DNA of 64,000 nucleotides from Thraustochytrium aureum (lineage: Eukaryota), in contig BLSG01000391.1 of the NCBI GenBank assembly GCA_012862495.1, positions 231,760 to 295,759 of the forward strand. The letters are read 5' to 3'. The translations under genes and the position numbers were made by a program. Below are positions 50,432 through 61,433 of this stretch, in pieces; position 1 is the first letter of the stretch, and each line of letters begins with the position of its first letter. Under the pieces are notes generated by a model that was not told the DNA's origin, ran no database searches, and worked only from the letters and a program-made list of their open reading frames with translations.

Positions 50432-50967
50432 TCAAGAGAGGGGAGGGGACTCGGTCAACTCGCTCGGACCCTCTAGAGAGCTCGGGCTTGCGCTGGAGGT
50501 AGAAGACTGCAGGACTAGAGGTTAGCTAATCGACAATGCCCTTTGACCTTCGCAGGTTGGTTCGCGGTTCTGGAAGGAGGGTAAAAACGTTAATGGCGGC
50601 CCCGGAGGCGGCGAAGTTGACATCCATGCGCCGCGAGGCGTTCCGTGCGACCCTGCGTCCCGGTCACCTCAAAGGTTTCGCCCACTCGCTTCTACCTTGA
50701 CCAAAACGCGATTGGTTTCTTCTTTTCTCAACTCTTGCACCAGGCGTCAAGGTGTTCTTGGTCGAAGGGAAGGCAGACGTCGAGTGAGTGGGATGACCGC
50801 GGAAACTATGGCGGGCGTCGGCGACCCACGCGCCTCGCTCTCCAAGGCGCTCTTCTCCACTGGCGAGCTAGAGACGCAAACGCGATGCGAACGGCCGCCG
50901 ACCGCATCCCTGCCCGAATCTCCGAGTGAGGGAGCACCAAGCCAGCGCGTTGCAAGCGCGTTGCCGA

Positions 50968-51831
50968 CTAGATCATGTCCATGTCCACAGGTTTGAGGTC
51001 GATGCCATGGTCGAACGAGCCCGACCTCGCTCCGTCAGTGCCGTCCTCGCCCTCCTCATCCTCCTCGCCGTCGTGGAGCCAGAAGGCACGGCTGCAAACT
51101 GGCACCTTGCGAACGATGACAACCCCGTACGCCAAAATGCCCAACGAGATGAACAGGGCAAATACAGAGTCGAGCCACCAGACGCTTGGGTTTGCGCGAT
51201 AGACGAAGATCCCGGAGAAGATGCCTACGCTAAGGAGGCCTGCGCCGACTGAGCAGACCCCGTCTTCGAAGAGGGCGTTGCTGCGAAGCACGAGTGAGAC
51301 ATGCAGCTTGAGTGCGCCGAGGCCGAGAAGGAGGGCAGAGGAGGGGATGGTGATCCCGAGCAAGGCGGCCGTGTCCTCGACGGCGCTCTTGGTGCCGAGG
51401 TGGACGATGGCTGTCAGGCACACGATTATTCCGAGGACGATGAACGACAGCCCGATGGCGGCGGAGGCGCGCTTCTCCCGCTGCGCCATGCGAGCTTCGT
51501 CCGCGATAGAGCCTTTGAACCGCCACAGGATAACTACGGAGCTCGCGATGTCGATCATCCCTTCGAGGGAGAACGCAAGCATCGAGGCGCTGTCCCCCAC
51601 GATCGCAAAGCTCAGGCCCAACAGGCTCGTGAGGATTGTCAACAAGATCGACATCCACGACAGCAGCCGCGCCTCGGCCGCCGTCGGATACTTCCACCTC
51701 TGCAGCGCGAAGATGCCCAGGAGGCGCTTCCAGCAGGGTTTCCTCGCGGCGAGCCCGTTCGCCGCGGGCCCTTCGCCGCCTTCCTCGTCGCTGCCCTGCG
51801 CATAGCTCTCATACGTGCCGTTCGCCAGCAT
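50968..51831 (-). CDS. TMEM163: TMEM163-like cation-efflux (Zn) transporter
   Basis: Six TM helices; DSASMLAFSLEGMIDIASSVVILWRF, REKRA, LRSNALFEDG and VWWLDS. Confidence 0.8.
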   Translation of the reverse strand: MLANGTYESYAQGSDEEGGEGPAANGLAARKPCWKRLLGIFALQRWKYPTAAEARLLSWMSILLTILTSLLGLSFAIVGDSASMLAFSLEGMIDIASSVVILWRFKGSIADEARMAQREKRASAAIGLSFIVLGIIVCLTAIVHLGTKSAVEDTAALLGITIPSSALLLGLGALKLHVSLVLRSNALFEDGVCSVGAGLLSVGIFSGIFVYRANPSVWWLDSVFALFISLGILAYGVVIVRKVPVCSRAFWLHDGEEDEEGEDGTDGARSGSFDHGIDLKPVDMDMI

Positions 51832-53002
51832 CTCGCCGCGCGCAGCACCCGGCCAGCCAGCCACCCAGCCAGCCAGCCAGCCAGCTAGCCAGCAGGTCCA
51901 AGCGCCCAGCCAACCGCAGCGCCAGCCAGCCAGCCCGCGCGCACCACGGCCCCAGTCGCACGCCTTCTTTCAAGATCAGNNNNNNNNNNNNNNNNNNNNN
52001 NNNNNNNNNNNNNNNNNNNNNNNNNNNNNNNNNNNNNNNNNNNNNNNNNNNNNNNNNNNNNNNNNNNNNNNNNNNNNNNNNNNNNNNNNNNNNNNNNNNN
52101 NNNNNNNNNNNNNNNNNNNNNNNNNNNNNNNNNNNNNNNNNNNNNNNNNNNNNNNNNNNNNNNNNNNNNNNNNNAACAGAATCAGCAGCAGCATGCAGGG
52201 CCGCCTGGAGCGCTTGTTCCATGCGTTCGTGAACAAGTACTTGATCGCTCGCTCACCCGATTGGTTCTTCTGTTCTCTTGATTTGATTGATCAACTTTGA
52301 TCTTGATTCAAGAATTGATCTCAAGAAAAACGTAAATTGAATCCCGACTCCTGATGAGCGACCAGAACAGAAAGGCGGCCTCCTCGCCAGCGCGACCGTC
52401 GCGAGTTGATCGCCAGGAGGTACCGGTACTCTACCTACGCGTTACTAACTCCACAGTGGAGGCAGCACGGCCCGGCAATCGCAAGCGAGCGAGCCAGCCT
52501 GCAAGCGCGCACTGCAGGCAGGCAGCAGGCAGGCAGGCTTGAAGCCGAGGCAGGGCAGACAGAGAGGCGCAGGCGCAGGAGGGGAAAAAACTTGCTCTAC
52601 CTACTGCCACAGTGAGGAGCGAAGGCCTGCCCTCCGGCCGCTGGAGCGTCCTTCGCGCGTGGTCTCGGGACAGCTGTGGAAGGGCCGCCCAGCGCGATGG
52701 TCGACGTGTTTTGCCCGAGGCGTCGCGCGGCCGCTGGTGCTGGTGCTGGTGCTGCAGGCAGACGACCAACGCGACCGCGCACGAGGTGCCCAGATCGGCC
52801 AAACACGCGCGTGCCCGCACGGCCCCTCTCGCCGGTGCCGGCCTCCGCCAACGTGCTCCTCTGCCCGGCCCTGCCTGCCTGCCTGCCTGCTTGCCTGCCT
52901 CTGTCGGGCGACGAGCTGGCGCAGAAGGCTTCGGACCCCCCGCCGGGCTGGGGCGTCCTTGCTGGCGGCGGCCGGAACACGCCAGCCAAAGTGGACGACG
53001 AC

Positions 53003-54688
53003 ATGGCGGAGAAGCGCACGAGGCGCAGCGCCGCCGCGGCGGCGCAAAAGATCATCGAGGCCGCGGTGGACGACGACGAGGGCAACCAGGGCGACGACGG
53101 CTCCGGGGCGGACTCGGCCAAGGATAAGGCGCAGCGGCGCGGGACCGCAGCCCAACAGCGCGTGTTGGTACCAAAGTTCCTGACCAAGGCGTTCCAGATG
53201 GTCGACGAAAAGGCAAACAGCGACTACGTCGGATGGAACGAAGAAGGCAACGTGGTTGTCATCCGAAGGCTGCACGGGTTCGCGGAAAGGATCCTCCCAA
53301 AGTACTACAAGCACTGCAACTACTCGAGCTTTGTGCGGCAGCTCAACATGTACGGGTTCACTCGAGCCGACATGCCCCACCAGTCATTCAAACACCCCCT
53401 CTTCCTCCGCGGCCACCCCGAAAACCTCGCGCTGATCAAGCGCAAGACCAGCGTGCCGAAAGCAAAGAACACTGCCGCAGCCGTGGTCCAGCAGAAGAAG
53501 GAGCTCGACCGCCTGCTGGAAGAAGTCAAGACGCTGCGCACCAAGCAGCAAGAGTTCGACCTGCAGGTGTTCGACCTGCAGTCCAACAACGAGCACCTCG
53601 AGAAGGAGAATGTGCAGCTCTGGCAGGCCATCAACGAGGCCGGCCGCAGGCAGCAACTCATGGTCAAGCGCATGAAGCAGATGATGGGCTTCATGTACTA
53701 CATTTACAAAGAGGAGGGCAAGCGACTGCCAGAGGTGGCCCAGGTGCTGCCCAAGCTCCTCCAGGCCGCCAAGGACTGCGGTGTCGAGATCGACCCCACC
53801 GAGGTGACGTCGCCGGCAGCCTTGCTGGGCATGCCGAGCTTCTCCAGCTCCTCTGCCTCTGCCTCTGCCGCCACCCCGACAGCAGCCAACCTGCACGACT
53901 TTGCGGCAAATCTGCGAACCCCTGCAGGCCGTGGCGCATTCCAGGGCAGCGACGCCTTCACACAGCCCAGGCCGGTCTCCGCCTCGAACGCGCTCACTCG
54001 TGGGGCGTCCGCCCGAGGCTTGCCGCTTCTCACCCAGGGCGACAGCGGAAAGGGCAACAGCAACGACCTCATGCGTATGGACACGGTCGGCACGATCAAT
54101 GGTTTCGACTTGCTCGATGCGCCTGGGTCTGCATCCCCGTTGCGGCCAGACGCCATCTCCGAAGGGGCGCCCGAGGCGGCAGTCCCAATGAAACAGCCAC
54201 CTCCGAGCCCTGGACTTGGAGTGCGCCTCGACGACGAGGGCGCGGACGCCGCTGCGCTCATGCCGTCTGCGGACCCGCTCACGAGGAACGTTTCGCTCCA
54301 GTCCTTTATGGACGCGATGGAGAAAGGCGGCAAGGACGGCTCGTCCTTTGGAAAGTATGACGGCCTGGCGCGGGGTATCAGCCAGTACATCAACGACCAA
54401 GACGACACCTTGCGCCGACTCGAGTCCCTCTCGAGCACCTTCTCCAACCCGCTCGTCGACATGGAGGGCGAGCTCGACGGCAACGACGAAGCCGACGACT
54501 TTGACGACGACCTCGATGATATGCCGGTGCCGCCGCCTCACTCGAACGGCCAGGCCGGCGGCAACGGCCCCCGCGACCATGACGATGCGCTTTTGGACGC
54601 AGACCCGGCCGACCAGGTTACCGCGTCAGACTCGATCTCATCGTTCACGCTGCCGCCAGACCCGAAGAAAGCCCGCCACACCCTGTGA
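53003..54688 (+). CDS. HSF: Heat shock transcription factor
   Basis: VPKFLTKAFQMVD..VGWNEEG..ILPKYYKHCNYSSFVRQLNMYGF..FKHPLFLRG..IKRK, followed by an HR-A/B coiled coil and a terminal NLS-like PKKARH. Confidence 0.93.
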   Translation: MAEKRTRRSAAAAAQKIIEAAVDDDEGNQGDDGSGADSAKDKAQRRGTAAQQRVLVPKFLTKAFQMVDEKANSDYVGWNEEGNVVVIRRLHGFAERILPKYYKHCNYSSFVRQLNMYGFTRADMPHQSFKHPLFLRGHPENLALIKRKTSVPKAKNTAAAVVQQKKELDRLLEEVKTLRTKQQEFDLQVFDLQSNNEHLEKENVQLWQAINEAGRRQQLMVKRMKQMMGFMYYIYKEEGKRLPEVAQVLPKLLQAAKDCGVEIDPTEVTSPAALLGMPSFSSSSASASAATPTAANLHDFAANLRTPAGRGAFQGSDAFTQPRPVSASNALTRGASARGLPLLTQGDSGKGNSNDLMRMDTVGTINGFDLLDAPGSASPLRPDAISEGAPEAAVPMKQPPPSPGLGVRLDDEGADAAALMPSADPLTRNVSLQSFMDAMEKGGKDGSSFGKYDGLARGISQYINDQDDTLRRLESLSSTFSNPLVDMEGELDGNDEADDFDDDLDDMPVPPPHSNGQAGGNGPRDHDDALLDADPADQVTASDSISSFTLPPDPKKARHTL

Positions 54689-54923
54689 ATGAACCTCCCC
54701 GCAAAAAGTAAACCGAAACCGCACGTACGCAAGTACTTAGTCACCCCATCATGATACACGCCGCACGCATGGCCTACTACGAGCGCCTCTCGCGTCGGTC
54801 GCGCGCTCGCTTGGCGCGTCTCGGCTGCTCGGCCTCGCCGTTCAGGGCCTCAAGATGCTCGCCCTGCAAGCGAAAGCAAGCAGATCCCCCTGTCTTGCCT
54901 GCCGGAGGAGGTAGGGGCCGGCC

Positions 54924-57900
54924 ATGGACGAGGCGCGCGAGCTCGAGGCGCGCAGGACGCTGGACGGCTGGCGGCGCCTCGCGCNNNNNNNNNNNNNNNN
55001 NNNNNNNNNNNNNNNNNNNNNNNNNNNNNNNNNNNNNNNNNNNNNNNNNNNNNNNNNNNNNNNNNNNNNNNNNNNNNNNNNNNNNNNNNNNNNNNNNNNN
55101 NNTTGAATGTGAGTTGCTGCCGCGCATTGCGTCCCGCGGTTGGGTTGGCGAGCGAGAGATCCGGCAGCGCAAGCTGGAGGCGTCCGTCCGACTCGCGGGA
55201 GAGCCCACCGAGACCTGCGAGTGGCAACTGACCGCGCTGCGGCCCGCTAACGTTTACCGCAGCTCATGACCCTCGCGCAAGGCGGCAAGGCGCGGCTCAA
55301 CTCGCGCAGAGCGTGGTGGAGACGCTCGTCAAGTTGGGCGGCCCGCTCGCGGACGGCCAGGCCAAGTCCGGGCTGTGGGAGCTCCTTCGCGAAACGTGCA
55401 GGCTCTGCGTGGCCTCGAGAGAATGGGACACGCGCGTCGCCGCGGGGCATGCGCTGGGGAAGATTCTCTCCGGCATTGTCGAGCTGGACGACCAACAAGC
55501 GCTGCAATTTGCGTCAAGCCTGCAATCACAGTGCCAAGTCCTGTCGCTGCAAAGCGTCGACGTAGGCGCTCTGCTCAAGCGGGCCGCGCCGCTCGTGGCG
55601 AGGCGGGACAAGGGACTACGTGTTGCCAAGGCGCCGGCAGAGCTCGATTTGGCGCGCGAGCGGGCAGAGACGTTGAAAAACTTGCGCCTCAGCACCTTTC
55701 GCTCCCGCCATTCGAGGGCAGCCACCGGCGCGTGCGACGAGAGCGAGCTTGTCGAAGACGCCCACGCAAACGTTATCTCGTCCCACGACCACAGCGGCAT
55801 CATCGATGAGTCTGACATCAGAGGCGTCGCGGGGGTCCAAAACGGCGATGGGTCCGCAACAGATGCAGCACGTTGCGGCGACGAGTACGTCGCTCGCAAG
55901 CGCAAGGGCCCCTCTGAGGGCGCTGCGAGCCGACTCGCTATTCGAGACCTGCTAAAAGGCCCGTTGGAGGCTGCGCCGCGGAACGAAACACCGCGCGCAG
56001 CAAAGCGCGCTCGGGCGGTCAAGGGCTCGAGTGCGCCGCAAAGCGCACGGGAGAGAGCCCAGGAACAAGTCCACACGAAACAGTCAGAGTCCACGCAGGC
56101 GATGGAGGAGTCCGATCTTGACGCGTTGCTTCGGAGCGGTGCGGAAGCCGGGCAAGATGCTTGGCTGGCGTCTCTCGCGGGCATCGCGGCTCGGGTTTGG
56201 TTTGTGCTCTCCCAGCACCTCCTAAGCGACCGCTGGGAAGCAAGGCACGGCGCTTCGGCGGCGTTGATGGTCGTCGCGTCACGAGCAGCGCATAGCCCCG
56301 GCACAATCCAACAAGTCCTCGGACCTGCGTTTGAGGATGTGGTTGTCAAGTCGCTGTGCGTTCTGGGAATGGACCGGTTCGGCGACTATGCGAACGATAG
56401 CGTGGTTGCCCCGGTGCGCGAGTCGTGCGCGCAGCTTTTGTCTGCAGCGAGCGCAAGCTCGCCCTCTGTCGCCGCTGCAGTTCTCGGGCACCTCCTCGAT
56501 CTTTTGCTGGACGTGCCGACTGTGGCGGAGCTCAGCGGCGGCGACGACCTCAGCACAGCTACGTGGTGGGGCCGACGCTTTGCCGCCCTCCTAGCAATAA
56601 AGTACCTCGTGTGCCGTCAGCCCGACGGCCCCCTTGCGCGGCGGGCGCTACCTGCCGTTCTCCGCGTACTCCTTGACGAGGCCCAAGCAAACGTTCGCGC
56701 ACAGAAGGACACACTCGTAGACACCCCAGTCTACAACGATGACGTGCGGCGTGGCGCAGCAGAGGCGATGCTTGCAGCATGCGCTTTGCGCTTCCCTGAG
56801 GCGGCGTCCCAAGTGGACGTGTCGGCGGTCCGTCGCGTTTGGTCGTGTGCCTTGGGCAGCTTGGATGCGCGGGAGGAGAAAGACCAACTCGAGGTAGCCG
56901 TGGCAAACCTGTGGGCCCTGCTTGCGCGCCTCGACGACGCCACCATGTCGTCGGGGGCGGCCGTTGCTCAGCTTGGGGCACTCAGCTCGTTCATCTGGGC
57001 GCCCCCAGAAACCGCCTTTTCGGCGCTGTCCTCCAAGCTAGCGCACCCTTCCGCGCAGGTGCGCTTCGCAGCGGCGCAGGCCGTCGCGCTTTTGCTTGAC
57101 CAAGCAAGCAGGACAAGGTCCCCTGGACGCATCCAGGGCTCCCAAACCTCAGCGCCGATGCGATACGTTCAGGGAACGAGCCAGACCTTGAGGGGGTCTT
57201 TCCAAGCCGGGGTCCACGACTCGATGCGTGGCTCCAAGTCCTTGCAGCAGCGCTGCTGCGAGAGTCGAGCGCGCGCGCCGCCTCGCGGGCGTCGAATCCC
57301 GGCTCGCAACTTGCCCAGGAAACGGAGCGCCACTTTGAGCAGCCCAAAAAAGTTGGGCGCTCTTCGTCCGCTTGTTCGCTCCGCAATGCCGCACTGGCCT
57401 GCGCGGCGTGGCAGAAGCTTGCATTGCGCATTGGGCAGCGCACTGGACCCGGGCCAAGTGCGACATCGGAGCTCTCGAGAGTGGGCGGGGTGCAGCCTTC
57501 GACCTGGACAAGGGCGTTGCAGACGCCCGCCGGGCAGCTGCAGCATTCGCCCTCTCGAGCTTGCTGGCGGCTGATTGTGCAGCCGGGGGCCAAGCATTTG
57601 CGGGGACGCACTTCGGGGACCTCTTGGCGCACTACGCGACAAACGACCAAGGCACGTTTCTGCTCCTAGGCGAGTCCCTGTGCCTCGCGCTAGCGGCGGC
57701 GCGGGCGGCCCCTTGTGCACTACGCGTTCTTGCCTTGCTCGCGCCGGCGCTCGAGGTCCAGCACGACGATTGGGGCTCCCGCTCTGCCATCGAGGTCTTG
57801 AACGCCCGAGCCGCGCTGGAATTAGCGTGCAAGTTCCTTTGCGAGACCGTAGCTCAAGCTGGGTTGCCCGAGGAGGCCTTTACCGAGCACGGGGAGCAAG

Positions 57901-60900
57901 TGCTGTCTCTGCGACAAGGTCGAAAGCAGGGGAACGCGGTCCTGGCCGCCTGCTCGAACGCGGAGCTTTGTGGAGCCGCACGCCTTTTAGCCAGTGATGC
58001 CCTCGCGGACTGGATCTCGCGCCTTGCGGAGCCAGACTCGAGACAAGCCGCGCTGCGGTGGAACGAGACAGCCACCGGGGCAAGGCAGAACGTCCTGGAT
58101 CGCGTTAGCGACCTTGAAGCGGCTGCGGCCCGCGCGTCGGTGCAGCAAAGCGCGCTTGCGAGCGCGGCGCGAGTCCTGTTGGTCGCGCCGGGCGACCAGC
58201 TCCAGGGCCAGGTCACGCCGCTCGTGCGGCCGCTCCTCAAGCCGTTCCTCGTCGATTTTGACCCCGCGCTGGACGAGGGCCTGCTTGCTCTGCTTGGACA
58301 AGCGTGCGCGCGGCTTTTGGAGCTTCTTGCTGTCGGTGGAGAGTCGCGCGCCAAAGCCCTGAACAAGCTCGGCGCGAAGCTGATACAAAGCAAAGCGCGG
58401 CGGGCCAGTCTTGTGGCGGTTCGGGTTGTGGCAGAGCGCTCTGGGACTTTCAGCCGGCTTGTCGCACTTCTCCCCGCGCTCGCAGACCAGCTAGAGCGGT
58501 GGGTGGCCAATCCTGCCGGCACGCCGGGCATCGGCCGGTTGCTCGACGTCCTCTCGACAGCTGTCGGCGCCGAGCTTGTGAAGCCTAGTGCGGAGAGCCT
58601 TGAAACGTTTTTGCCGCTGCTCGACGCCTTGCTGGGATGGATCACTGGGGCCCCCGAACAGCTCGAAGGGGCAAAAGGGCAAGTCGGGGAGTTTCTCTTG
58701 GCATGCGCCAGGACCCCGGCGCTGAACCTTGGCGTCTGGCTTCGCGTCCTGGACGATCTGCTGCCGTGGGCCTTTTCCGCCCGCGACTCAACGCTGGAGG
58801 CTGCTCGGGTCGCATCGATTGGGCTGCTCCATGGGCTGCTCGCTGACTCGAGCGTTTGCCTTCCGTGGGTTGTTGCGCTGGCGTTGCCTCTCGTGCGCGG
58901 CATGCAAGACCCGGACAGCGAGGCGGTCCGCCAAGCCGCGGGGGCGTGCCTCTCCCGCGTCGTGGAGCTCCTCCCGATTCACGACCAGGCTGGACCGCCC
59001 TCGACCGATGGATACGGCACGGGTGCCTGCCATGCTGCCACAGACGCGCGCGATCGCGGGGTGGCGTTCGTACAAGGTCTGCTGGCTGGGGCTTCGGGGC
59101 TTGCCGAGGACGAGGCTCGCGCGCCGCTGGCTTTGGCGGCCGCGAGCGGCATCGAGCTGCGCCCATACCAAAAGCAAGGGGTTGCGTGGCTCGAGTTCCT
59201 CGCACTGCACGGCCTTGGCGGCGCCCTGTGCGACGACCTGGGTCTCGGGAAAACGCTTATGTCTTTGACGCAGCTTGCTGCGGCAAAAACCCCGCACCGG
59301 GTGAGCGCGGTGGTCTGCCCTTCTTCGCTTACAGGGCACTGGGCGCAAGAGATTGAGACCTGGTATGGGGCGGTTCTCGAGGCGGTAGAGTACGTTGGCC
59401 CCCCTCCGAAGCGGCAGGCGGCGCTGGCGAATTCGCTTGAAAGGACCGCGAGCGGCACGCGTCACCTCGTTGTGGTAGTGTCGTACGCCGTGCTGGGCCG
59501 AGATGCGGGTCGACTCGCCGCAGCTCTGGACCTTCGATACTGCATTTTGGACGAGGCGCACACGATCCGCAACCCGCACTCTGCCGTGGCGGCTGCATGC
59601 AAAGTCCTCGGCGCTAAAGCAGCGCATCGTCTCGCGCTGACAGGAACCCCGGTGCACAACGATGTCACAGACCTGTGGAGTGTCTTTGACTTTCTCATGC
59701 CCGGGTACCTCGGCGATCTTGAAACCTTCGAGGCAACGATGGCAAAGCCCATCCGCGCTTCGAGGAGCGACTTTAAGGCCGCCATGGAGGCCGCTGCAGT
59801 GGATGCGGCAGGAGAGTTAGGCGCAGAACCTGCCTTGGAGGCAGACGGCGCAAGGGACGATGCAAGCCTCGACACCGCTGGTGGAGCCGAAAACGGCGCG
59901 CCAGCGCGCCCGGGCCTCGTCAGCGGCGGGGGTCGGGACAGCCGCGCTGCTGTCGCTGGTTCGGCAGGTGCCGAATCGGCTCCGGGGCGCGCGCAGGCAA
60001 AGCCACCGAGCCAAGCTGCGGCAAAGCAGTTGGCGCAGGCGCGCGCGCAGGAGGCGCTCGAAGCGTTGCATCGGCGCGTCTTGCCCTTTATCCTACGGCG
60101 CACCAAGGCCGCCGTGCTCAGGGACTTGCCGCCGAAGATTGTGCAAGATGTGGTCGTCGGAGCTCACGCCCCAGCAGCAGGCGTTGTACGCCCACCTACT
60201 CGAAAATGTCAAGGCAAGCGTGAGCGGCGCTACGCCACGCAACGCGCTGGGAGACTTGGCGCGTCTGATGATGGCTTGTACGCACCCCTTGCTTTGCTTG
60301 CGCAACCTGATGCCCCACGTGAAGAAGCGCTTGGAGCGGCGGGTAATGGACAAGAAAATCTCTGCAGTGAAGGACCTCGGGGCGCGAGCCTCGTGCAAGT
60401 TTCAAGCGGTGGAGGACCTCCTCGTGAACCACGTTTTGCTCCAGAGAAGCATGGGCGCGGCGGACTCGCGTCTCGAGGGGTTTTCTCGCGCCGCCGCTGG
60501 GTCCGGGGGGCGGTCTTGCGCGTCCCGGTTCGGCGGAGCTGCTGGGGCTGCGACTGCTGGGGGTCCTGGGACTCGGCACAAGGCTATCGTTTTCGCGCAA
60601 TGGAAGGGCACGCTGGACCTTCTCGAGGAGCAGGTTTTGCGGCAGTCTTTGGCAGGCAAACTGCGGTACTTGCGCTTGGACGGGTCAACCAAGCCTCACG
60701 AGCGCCAAGGCGTCGTGAACCGCTTCAACGAGGACGAGGGCATCGGCCTGCTGCTGGCGACTACCAAGGTCGGCGGCCAGGGCCTCAACCTTACTTCGGC
60801 GGACTTGGTCGTCTTCCTCGAGAGCTCCTGGAACCCCCAGGAGGACTTGCAGGCCATGGACCGCGCCCACAGAATTGGCCAAAAGCGGTGTGTCTACGTG

Positions 60901-61251
60901 CAGCGCATCATCACGCGCGGCACGATCGAGGACAAGCTCTTGAGCCTGCAAATGTTCAAACTGCACGTCGCTTCCAAGGTAGTGGATGCCGCAAACAGCA
61001 GCCTCGCGACCATGCAGACCGATCGTGTCATGGATGTTTTGAGCCAAGTCGCCGCGGAGGCTCCGGGGCGACGCGGTCTTGGTGCCGATGGCCAGCCTGG
61101 AGGCGAGCATATTGCAGGCAGCGCTGATCTCGCTGGCGCAGAGCCTGGGCTCAAGCCGCTCGCGAGCGACCTGGACGCCATGTACGACTCGGAGCAGTAC
61201 GCTGACTTTGACGTCGAGCGGTTTGCACAGTGTGTGAGCTTGCCTCCATGA
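54924..61251 (+). CDS. MOT1: MOT1/BTAF1 TBP-associated SNF2 ATPase; exon 1 spans a gap; intron 55109-55262; 3 frameshifts
   Basis: WDTRVAAG, WEARHGA and MDRFGDY..VVAPVRESCAQ in the HEAT region; LRPYQKQGVAWL, LCDDLGLGKT, ILDEAH, LTGTPVHN, LPPKIVQD, LRLDGS, GGQGLNLT and WNPQEDLQAMDRAHRIGQ. Frame switches occur at ~57130, ~57440 and 60160. Confidence 0.92.
55109..55262 (+). other. 154-nt spliceosomal intron
   Basis: GTGAGT donor, GCTAAC branch site and CAG acceptor; gives E-S-HDPRARRQGAAQL, resembling the BTAF1 N-terminus. Confidence 0.75.
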
Positions 61252-61433
61252 CCTGCGCAGTGTTTCTGCCACTGCACTACCGACGGCGGAGAGCATTGGA
61301 GCATTTGGATGTCTGTCGTTGCACAGCGAGGCAGCGCTTTTCTTGCCTCGATTGAAGAGCGTCCAAAACAAAGCGTTTCTTATTTAAAAACGTTGTACCG
61401 CCACGTGACACGACGGCAGTCGACGCATCGCGA

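Noticed and set aside
49069..51831. Metal-transport locus (NIPA + TMEM163)
   Set aside because: Convergent neighbours with no shared promoter; adjacency is plausibly chance.
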